From positions 32,001 through 96,000 of the forward strand of contig JBNKBE010000016.1 of assembly GCA_050287085.1 (NCBI GenBank): a stretch of 64,000 nucleotides of DNA, in the 5' to 3' direction. Position 1 is the stretch's first letter. The number at the start of each line of letters is the position of its first letter. Source of the DNA: Polyangiaceae bacterium. Lineage in GTDB: Bacteria; Myxococcota_A; Polyangia; Polyangiales; Polyangiaceae. Of this stretch, positions 44,946 through 52,276 are shown in pieces. Made by a program: the position numbers and the translations under genes. A model generated the notes under the pieces. That model saw only the letters and a list, made by a program, of their open reading frames with translations. It did no database searches and was not told the DNA's origin.

Positions 44946-45624
44946 TGCTTTGGCGCAGCTGTATCCGGGCATGGTCGACAACGCTCACGCGCGTGGCGCT
45001 AGTTCCGACGAACTCAGTGCCAGTGTACTCGTCAAGGCTCGCGAAAGCGCTCGCGTACGCGACGCCTTCTTCGAAGCCCATGCGACGTCTTTGGTCGCCA
45101 TGGCAGACGCCCTTTCGAAGGTGTTTCGAGCCGGAAATCGCTTGCTGACCATCGGAAACGGAGGGTCCGCTTGCGACGCGGCGCACCTGGCCGTGGAGTT
45201 CAATCATCCGGTGACGGTAGGGCGTCCGTCGCTTTCCGCGATTCACCTGGGCGCGGATGCCCCGACCCTGACGGCCGTGGGTAATGATGTGAACTTTGAC
45301 GCCGTATATCGTCGCATGGTCGCCACTCACGGCCGCGCCGGCGACGCGCTCTTTGCCTTTTCTACGAGCGGCAACAGTGGCAATCTGTTGGCCGGAGTCG
45401 AAGAGGCACATCGGCGCGGTTTGGTCACGTTTGCCCTGCTAGGCAATGATGGTGGAGCGTTGGCGCGCTCCGCATGCCTAGCCCATCATCTTGTTGTACC
45501 CAGCTCGAGCGTGCACCGCGTGCAGGAGACGCACTTACTCGCCTACCACATCTTGTGGGACTTGGTTCATACCCTTCTACACGCAACGCCCACAGACCCA
45601 CTGGCAAGCGGGGTGGCCTCATGA
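44938..45624 (+). CDS. SIS-domain protein, GmhA/phosphoheptose isomerase-like, within the hyp operon
   Basis: GNGGSACDAAH, TAVGND, STSGNS.N, HRVQETH. Confidence 0.85.
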   Translation: MSDALAQLYPGMVDNAHARGASSDELSASVLVKARESARVRDAFFEAHATSLVAMADALSKVFRAGNRLLTIGNGGSACDAAHLAVEFNHPVTVGRPSLSAIHLGADAPTLTAVGNDVNFDAVYRRMVATHGRAGDALFAFSTSGNSGNLLAGVEEAHRRGLVTFALLGNDGGALARSACLAHHLVVPSSSVHRVQETHLLAYHILWDLVHTLLHATPTDPLASGVAS

Positions 45625-46760
45625 AGTATGTTGAAGAGTTCCGAGATCCAAGCCAGGCGGCACCCATCGTGGCTCGTATCGAGTCGCTCATGCAGCGCAT
45701 ACGGCGCGAAGTAGGGCTGAAGAGTGTCAAAATCATGGAGGTATGCGGGGGACATACGCATTCCATCTTCAAGTTCGGATTGGAAAGCATGCTTCCGTCC
45801 GAGGTTGAGCTGGTACATGGTCCGGGGTGCCCAGTTTGCGTCCTGCCAGTGGGGCGGATAGACGACGCCATTGCGATCGCCGAGCAAGCGGATGTCATCT
45901 TCGCCACGTTCGGCGACGCAGTGCGAGTACCGGGTTCGAAAGGCAGCCTGCTTGCGGCCAAGGCTCGGGGCGCAGACGTGCGAACGGTTTATTCACCAGC
46001 GGATGCTTTGCGATTAGCCCGAAAGAACCCAGAACGTCAGGTGGTCTTTTTTGGCCTCGGATTCGAGACGACCGCGCCTTCGACGGCCTTGACGGTGATC
46101 GAGGCGGAGGCAGACGGTATCAGGAACTTCTCCGTCTTCTCCAACCACATCACCATTGTACCTACGTTGAAGGCCATTTTGGACTCGCCGGACCTCCGTT
46201 TGGATGGCTTCATCGGTCCAGGGCACGTCGCAATGGTAATCGGTACCAAGCCCTTCCAGTTCGTGTCGGAGCGGCACAAGAAGCCGCTTGTCATCTCGGG
46301 GTTCGAACCCTTGGACGTATTGCAGTCCCTCGTCATGTTGCTCGAGCAAATAGCCGGGCGGCAAGCGCGCGTGGAGAATCAGTACACGCGGCTGGTTCGG
46401 CAGAATGGGAATACGGCGGCGCTCCACGCTCTCACCGAGGTCTTTACGCTGCGGCCGTTCTTTGAGTGGCGGGGGCTCGGATCGGTCGATCATAGCGGTT
46501 TGACGTTTCGCGAGCGCTATCGTGCGTTTGATGCCGAACATCGTTTTACGGTGCCGGGTGTCTCCATTGCCGACCCCAAGGCGTGTCAGTGCGGCGAAGT
46601 CCTGAAGGGGGCGATCAAGCCCTGGGACTGCAAGGTATTTGGCACCGCCTGCACCCCGGAGACGCCGATTGGCTCATGCATGGTGTCGAGCGAAGGCGCC
46701 TGTGCGGCGCACTACAACTATGGGCGTCTGCACGCGATCCGCTTGAAGGTGACCACATGA
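45621..46760 (+). CDS. hypD: Hydrogenase maturation protein HypD
   Basis: MEVCGGHTH, GPGCPVCV, GFETT, PGHV, CMVSSEGACAA. Confidence 0.97.
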   Translation: MKYVEEFRDPSQAAPIVARIESLMQRIRREVGLKSVKIMEVCGGHTHSIFKFGLESMLPSEVELVHGPGCPVCVLPVGRIDDAIAIAEQADVIFATFGDAVRVPGSKGSLLAAKARGADVRTVYSPADALRLARKNPERQVVFFGLGFETTAPSTALTVIEAEADGIRNFSVFSNHITIVPTLKAILDSPDLRLDGFIGPGHVAMVIGTKPFQFVSERHKKPLVISGFEPLDVLQSLVMLLEQIAGRQARVENQYTRLVRQNGNTAALHALTEVFTLRPFFEWRGLGSVDHSGLTFRERYRAFDAEHRFTVPGVSIADPKACQCGEVLKGAIKPWDCKVFGTACTPETPIGSCMVSSEGACAAHYNYGRLHAIRLKVTT

Positions 46761-47842
46761 GCGCCGCTAACATCGACGACACGCTATTTGCTCGCTTGGA
46801 GAAGTTTCGACGCCGCTCGGGCAAGGTGCGCCAATCGCGCATAGAACTCGCGCACGGCGGAGGAGGCAAAGCCATGCGCGACCTGCTCGATCACGTCGTG
46901 GTCGCAGAGCTGGGAGGTGCCGTTCAAGACCACGAAGACCAGGCGCGCATGGAGTTGGGCGCGTTGACCCCGGGCGACAAGCTGGCGATGACGACCGACG
47001 GCTATGTCGTAAGCCCCTTGCAGTTCCCCGGCGCGGATATCGGACGGCTGGCGGTGTGTGGAACCGTAAACGATCTCGCGGTCGGAGGTGCACGTCCGAT
47101 GTATCTCTCCTGTGGCCTCATCATCGAGGAGGGCTTGGACGTTCAGGTGTTGCGCACCGTGCTGCGTAGCATGGCGGCTGCAGCGGTCGAGGCGGGCGTG
47201 AGCATCGTGACCGGTGATACGAAAGTCGTGCCGCGAGGGGCGGCAGATCGGCTTTTCATTAGCACCACTGGGGTTGGACTCATCAGTTCGACATGTGACG
47301 TGGGAGCTCATCGTATCAAAGCGGATGATGTGGTGCTCATCAATGGATTCTTAGGGGACCACGCCGCTGCTATCATGGCGGCTCGAGGTGAGTTGCGCAT
47401 CGAGACGGACATCGCCAGTGACTGTGCCCCACTCAATACGTTGATCGCGCAAGTATTGGACAGCGTAGAGGTTCACGCGATGCGAGATGTGACCCGCGGC
47501 GGGCTCGCAGCGGTTCTCAATGAGCTCGCGCTGGCATCAGAAGTGGGCATGGTCGTAAACGAGCGACAGCTACCGGTTCGAGCGGAGGTGGCCGGCCTGT
47601 GCGAATTGCTGGGGCTTGACCCCGTGCATCTCGCCAACGAGGGAAAGGTGGCTGTGGTTCTGCCTGAGTCACAGGCAACACGTGCTCTTGAGGTCATGCG
47701 CGGCCATCCCTTGGGGCGCGACGCGGCGCTGATCGCGCGCTGCCGAGCTGCGCCGCCCGGCCTGGTAACGGTTGACACCGGATTCGGAGGCGAGCGTGTC
47801 TTGGACATGCTGGTGGGGGAGCCACTACCGAGGATCTGTTGA
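46757..47842 (+). CDS. hypE: Hydrogenase maturation protein HypE
   Basis: AHGGGG, GTVNDLA, GDTKVV, DVTRGG, C-terminal PRIC. Confidence 0.97.
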   Translation: MSAANIDDTLFARLEKFRRRSGKVRQSRIELAHGGGGKAMRDLLDHVVVAELGGAVQDHEDQARMELGALTPGDKLAMTTDGYVVSPLQFPGADIGRLAVCGTVNDLAVGGARPMYLSCGLIIEEGLDVQVLRTVLRSMAAAAVEAGVSIVTGDTKVVPRGAADRLFISTTGVGLISSTCDVGAHRIKADDVVLINGFLGDHAAAIMAARGELRIETDIASDCAPLNTLIAQVLDSVEVHAMRDVTRGGLAAVLNELALASEVGMVVNERQLPVRAEVAGLCELLGLDPVHLANEGKVAVVLPESQATRALEVMRGHPLGRDAALIARCRAAPPGLVTVDTGFGGERVLDMLVGEPLPRIC

Positions 47843-48171
47843 TGCATGAGTTGAGCGTTACCAAGAGCATCGTGTCGGCCTGCGCTGAGCGCGCGGGAAC
47901 CCGCAAAGTGCAAGCGGTGCATCTGCGGATTGGTCGCTTCTCCGGAGTAGAGCCCCACGCAGTGCGCTTCTGTTTTGAGCTCTGCGTAGCGGGAACAACT
48001 CTCGAAGGTGCTGAACTTGTGATCGAGGAGGTAGCCGGCAAGGGCCGATGCAAGGGGTGCGGGGAGCAGCTCGCTCTCGAGCTCCCCATCGCTCTTTGTC
48101 CCTGCGAGCGGAGAGAGAGCGTGGAACTGGTAGCCGGTGAAGAGCTGCTGATCGAGGCAATGGAGATATGA
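47842..48171 (+). CDS. hypA: Nickel metallochaperone HypA
   Basis: MHE N-terminus; CKGC...CPC zinc site; GEEL. Confidence 0.93.
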   Translation: MHELSVTKSIVSACAERAGTRKVQAVHLRIGRFSGVEPHAVRFCFELCVAGTTLEGAELVIEEVAGKGRCKGCGEQLALELPIALCPCERRESVELVAGEELLIEAMEI

Positions 48172-48174
48172 CTC

Positions 48175-49104
48175 ATGTGTACGACTTGCGGATGTAATGG
48201 AATGGGGGCGACGGTATCGGGGCCTGATGGGGAACACACGCACGTGGCAGCTGATGGTACCGTAGTCACGCATCGTCATGATGGTGGAGGCCATACCCAT
48301 GTGCATGCGGGGCCAGCTAACTCCCGCGGCTTCGACACTCCGGCCGTTGATGGCCATGGGCACACTCACGGGCATTCGAACGCGGCCGACAACGTAGTGA
48401 AGCTCGAGCAACGCATTCTGCTGAAAAACGACCACATCGCACAACACAATCGCGAGTTCTTTGCCGACTCACATATCGCCGCCGTCAACCTCATGAGTTC
48501 ACCTGGGGCAGGAAAGACGACACTGCTCGAGTATACGCTGAAGAGACTGTCTGGTTCGGCAACCGTCTTGGAGGGAGATCAGGAAACGAGCCATGATGCT
48601 CAGCGAATACGAGCGACGGGCGCACGCGCCGTTCAGATAAATACGGGTACTGGTTGTCACCTCGACGCGGATATGGTGCGTCAAGGCATCGCTCAACTCG
48701 AGCCCGAGCCGTCGTCCATCTTGTTCATAGAAAACGTGGGCAATTTGGTTTGTCCGGCACTCTTTGATCTTGGGGAAACGGCGCGGGTCGTTCTGTTCAG
48801 TGTCACTGAAGGTGAGGACAAGCCTCTGAAGTACCCACATATGTTTCGACAAGCCGATCTCGTTCTACTGACCAAGACGGACCTGCTCCCGCACTTGAGG
48901 TTTGACGTAGGGGCTGCTTTGGACGCCGTCGAAAGAATCCGTCCCGGCGTCTCGATGCTGCGTGTCTCGACTCAGAGCGGAGAGGGAACCGATGCCTGGA
49001 TGAGCTGGCTGGAGCATTGTTTGAGTCACCTCAAAGATGGCACGTCCCTTGTGGCGAAGCGGGAGCCAGGGCTGGGGCGCCAAGCATTGTCCGAGAGGTC
49101 GTAG
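48175..49104 (+). CDS. hypB: Nickel-insertion GTPase HypB
   Basis: MCTTCGC, His-rich stretch, SSPGAGKTTLL, GCHLDA, ENVGNLVCP, KPLKYP. Confidence 0.97.
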   Translation: MCTTCGCNGMGATVSGPDGEHTHVAADGTVVTHRHDGGGHTHVHAGPANSRGFDTPAVDGHGHTHGHSNAADNVVKLEQRILLKNDHIAQHNREFFADSHIAAVNLMSSPGAGKTTLLEYTLKRLSGSATVLEGDQETSHDAQRIRATGARAVQINTGTGCHLDADMVRQGIAQLEPEPSSILFIENVGNLVCPALFDLGETARVVLFSVTEGEDKPLKYPHMFRQADLVLLTKTDLLPHLRFDVGAALDAVERIRPGVSMLRVSTQSGEGTDAWMSWLEHCLSHLKDGTSLVAKREPGLGRQALSERS

Positions 49105-49164
49105 CGGGCCCCGCGGGTCGCTGCGGACCCACTTCGCCTTCGAGTTGACCCCGCGGCGACTTCG

Positions 49165-49226
49165 CAGACGAATTTTGTGCACGGCTCGTTCTGGAGGAAT
49201 CCAGACGTCGACCGTTCACGGCTCGT
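49165..49226 (+). promoter_or_regulatory. Bipartite direct repeat CAGACG-N9-CACGGCTCGT x2 (37-bp period) upstream of the hydrogenase small subunit
   Basis: Copies at 49165-49189 and 49202-49226. Confidence 0.5.
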
Positions 49227-49250
49227 ACACAACAAATTTTCGGGGGTACG

Positions 49251-50237
49251 ATGACGGCAACACTACTCTGGCTTCAAACAGGCGCCTGCAGCGGAGATAC
49301 GATGTCGATTCTCAATGCAGAGTCGCCCAATCTGCTTGAAGCGTTGCAAAACTACGGGATCGAGCTGCTTTGGCACCCTTCGTTGTCAACGGAGACGCCC
49401 AAGCAATTGCTTGAAATCATTAATCAGATCTGTGCAGGGAAACGGGAGCTGACCGTGCTGGCGGTTGAGGGTTCGATCGCCTTCGGGCCAGACGGGACGG
49501 GCATGTATGATCCCTTCCACGGACGCGCCAAGAAGGATATCGTGGCCGAGCTCGCAGAACAGGCCCAGTTCGTGGTTGCGATGGGCACGTGTGCGTCTTT
49601 TGGCGGTGTAGTAGCCGCTGAGCCGAACCCCACGGACGCAACGGGGCTGCAGTTCCTCCGCGCGAAGAAGGAGGGGGCTCTGTTGGCTCCGGACTGGGTA
49701 TCGCGAGGCGGGCTACCCGTGGTGAATGTAGCAGGGTGTCCGGCACATCCGAGAACGATGGTCGAAACGCTGATGACCTTGCTCTTGGCGGGTACGATCG
49801 AACTCGATCCACTCAACCGTCCAGCAACCTACTTCGATCGCGTTGTGCATCAGGGCTGCACTCGCAATGAGTATCACGAGTACAACGTTGAAGAGTCGGG
49901 TTTCGGCGGTCAAGGGTGCTTGTACTTCAACATGGGTTGCCAAGGGCCGTACACGCAGGGGCGCTGCAACACCGATCTGTGGAACGAGGTAAACAGCAAG
50001 CCGCGTGCGGGCGTGCCTTGTTATGGGTGTACGGCACCTACATTCCCGAAGGCGCAAGATCTTCTTAAGACGGAGAAGATTGGGGCCGTACCGGTCACCA
50101 TGCCGCGAGGCGTGAGTCGTCCGCAGTATATGGCCTACAAGGGGTTGGCGAAAGCGGCCGGACCCGAGCGACTGGTCAAGCTTCGACGCAAAGCCCCAGC
50201 CGCAGAGGCGAGTTCAAAAACCAGCGCCGCTGAATGA
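49251..50237 (+). CDS. [NiFe]-hydrogenase small subunit, group 2-type, cytoplasmic (no Tat signal)
   Basis: LLWLQTGACSGDTMS, LLWHPSLS, VEGS, GTCASFGG, GCP.HP, HQGC.RNE, GC...MGC.GP, PCYGC. Confidence 0.93.
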   Translation: MTATLLWLQTGACSGDTMSILNAESPNLLEALQNYGIELLWHPSLSTETPKQLLEIINQICAGKRELTVLAVEGSIAFGPDGTGMYDPFHGRAKKDIVAELAEQAQFVVAMGTCASFGGVVAAEPNPTDATGLQFLRAKKEGALLAPDWVSRGGLPVVNVAGCPAHPRTMVETLMTLLLAGTIELDPLNRPATYFDRVVHQGCTRNEYHEYNVEESGFGGQGCLYFNMGCQGPYTQGRCNTDLWNEVNSKPRAGVPCYGCTAPTFPKAQDLLKTEKIGAVPVTMPRGVSRPQYMAYKGLAKAAGPERLVKLRRKAPAAEASSKTSAAE

Positions 50238-50247
50238 GGAGTGAGCC

Positions 50248-51783
50248 ATGTCACGAGAGATAATCCAGCTGGACATGAATCGAGTCGAGGGAGATCTCGA
50301 GATCAAGCTGCAGCTAGACGACAACGTTATCGCCGACGCGTGGTGTATCGGCACCATGTACCGGGGATTCGAACAGATCTTGGTGGGGCGAGCTGCGCGA
50401 GACGGTCTGGTCATCACGCCGCGCATCTGCGGCATCTGCGGCACCGCGCACCATGCTTGTGCCGCGACGGCACTCGAAACTGCGTTTGGTCTTGCGATAG
50501 CACCGAACGGCACACGCGTGAGAAACGCGTGCCTGTTGTCCGAGGAAAGCCAGAGCGACATGCGCCACAGCTTTCTGATGTTCACGGTCGACTTCTGTCA
50601 TGCCCGCTACGCGGGGCACCCCATGTATCAGACGCTGGTGGACGCGTTCGAGCCGTTCAAAGGGAGGATCTATCGTGAGACGATCGAACACTCCAAGGAG
50701 ATATTGAAGATCGTCGCGCTGTTCGGGGGACAGTGGCCTCACTCCACGTATATGGTTCCTGGCGGCGTAAGCTGCGTTCCTGACAATTCGCGCGTGCTCA
50801 ACGCCCTGGCGATCGCGGATCGCTACGCAAATTGGTATGAGCGAAGCATCTTGGGATGTTCCATCGAGCGGTGGTCCCAGGTGGGTTCGCTTGCGGATAT
50901 CGAGACCTGGCTCGATGAATCCGAGGCGCATGCCAATAGCGCGATGGGTCTATTCATTCGCTTTGGTCGGGAGATCGGTCTTCACAAGGCCGGTATCGGA
51001 CAGGGCAATCTGCTCAGCTACGGCTCGTGTTATGACCCTGATGCCTGGCAGCCTCCTTTCGACAACCACGCGACCTGGCGGAGTGCGGGCTTCTTCGACG
51101 CGGAGACCAAGACGCTAGAGAAGCTGGATCATCAGCTTATCGCAGAACACGTGCGCCACTCCTTCTACGTGGACTATGAGGGGGGTAAACATCCGTGGCA
51201 GGGCGTTACCATGCCGGACTACCTGCCTGATACAGAGAAGTACTCGTGGGCAAAGGCGCCGAGATACAAGGACAAAGTGGTTGAGGCAGGTCCACTCGCG
51301 GATCAGATCTGTGCCGGAGATCCGCTGGTTCGTGCACTATTCGACGCAGAGGGCTCGAACAGCTGGCTACGGCAGTTCACACGAATACATCGGCCAAGCC
51401 AGTCGCTGCCCAAACTGCGTTCCACGTTGTTGGAGCTTCTGGAACGTCAGGCGGACCCATACGTAATCAATCATATCATACCCACCGACAGAGCCCGAGG
51501 CTTGGGTGCGGTTCAGGCCGCCCGGGGCGCCCTGGCGCACTGGGTGGAGTTTGAAGACGCCAAGATCACGCGCTATCAGGTCATTACGCCGACAGCCTGG
51601 AATGCCTCACCCCGCGATACCGCTGGGCGACGAGGGCATTGGGAGGAGTCAATGATCGGCACGGAGGTCCAAGACATCAATGACCCGATAGAGATCGGGC
51701 ATATCATCCGTTCACACGACGCCTGCTTGGTGTGCACGGTGCATATGCTGGACACAGGTGATAAGTTCAGATTTGGAGTGTGA
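50248..51783 (+). CDS. [NiFe]-hydrogenase large subunit, group 2-type (2c-like), with C-terminal extension
   Basis: NRVEGDLE, L1 PRICGICGTAH, GGQWPHS.YMVPGG, L2 RSHDACLVCTVH followed by 12 residues. Confidence 0.93.
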   Translation: MSREIIQLDMNRVEGDLEIKLQLDDNVIADAWCIGTMYRGFEQILVGRAARDGLVITPRICGICGTAHHACAATALETAFGLAIAPNGTRVRNACLLSEESQSDMRHSFLMFTVDFCHARYAGHPMYQTLVDAFEPFKGRIYRETIEHSKEILKIVALFGGQWPHSTYMVPGGVSCVPDNSRVLNALAIADRYANWYERSILGCSIERWSQVGSLADIETWLDESEAHANSAMGLFIRFGREIGLHKAGIGQGNLLSYGSCYDPDAWQPPFDNHATWRSAGFFDAETKTLEKLDHQLIAEHVRHSFYVDYEGGKHPWQGVTMPDYLPDTEKYSWAKAPRYKDKVVEAGPLADQICAGDPLVRALFDAEGSNSWLRQFTRIHRPSQSLPKLRSTLLELLERQADPYVINHIIPTDRARGLGAVQAARGALAHWVEFEDAKITRYQVITPTAWNASPRDTAGRRGHWEESMIGTEVQDINDPIEIGHIIRSHDACLVCTVHMLDTGDKFRFGV

Positions 51784-52274
51784 TGAGTACTTCGGCGGTA
51801 CCGCTATTTGGTACCCATACGCGGGTCGTATGCTTCGGCAACAGGCTGCACGGCGACGACGCTTTTGGGTGTCATGTACATGATGCGTTGGCGGCGCACG
51901 GGATCCCCGGGGAGGCGAGTCTGCACGATGCTGGCACGTCCGGACTCGGCGCCGTCTTGTTCTTCGAGGGCTGCCGGCGGGCAATTGTGGTGGACGCTAT
52001 TGGTCCGAGCAAGACCCCAGGGAGGTTGCGTGCGCTCAGCGTCAGAGAGGCTCTCGACGTCGACCGGCCCCTCTCTACCCACGCACAAGGCTTGGGCTAT
52101 CTGTTCTCGGCCCTCTCCATAGCGCTGCCAAGCATGCCGGCAATCACCATTGTCGGCGTGGACATCGACGCCGTCGATACCTTTTGCGAGACACTCAGTC
52201 GACCCGTGGCGTGCATGGTGGAGCCAGCGCGGGACATGGTACTTGATTTTCTTTGCGAGCAAGAAGCGGGATAG
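51783..52274 (+). CDS. Hydrogenase maturation endopeptidase (HycI/HupD family)
   Basis: GNRLHGDDAFG, DAGTSG, IVVDA, STH; TGATG overlap with the large-subunit stop. Confidence 0.9.
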   Translation: MSTSAVPLFGTHTRVVCFGNRLHGDDAFGCHVHDALAAHGIPGEASLHDAGTSGLGAVLFFEGCRRAIVVDAIGPSKTPGRLRALSVREALDVDRPLSTHAQGLGYLFSALSIALPSMPAITIVGVDIDAVDTFCETLSRPVACMVEPARDMVLDFLCEQEAG

Positions 52275-52276
52275 AA

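Noticed and set aside
47473..48447. 324-aa minus-strand ORF
   Set aside because: Antisense to hypE/hypA/hypB.
49251..51783. Membrane-bound respiratory uptake hydrogenase or [NiFeSe] enzyme
   Set aside because: No Tat signal, TM anchor or cytochrome b gene; L2 has Cys codons and no in-frame TGA.
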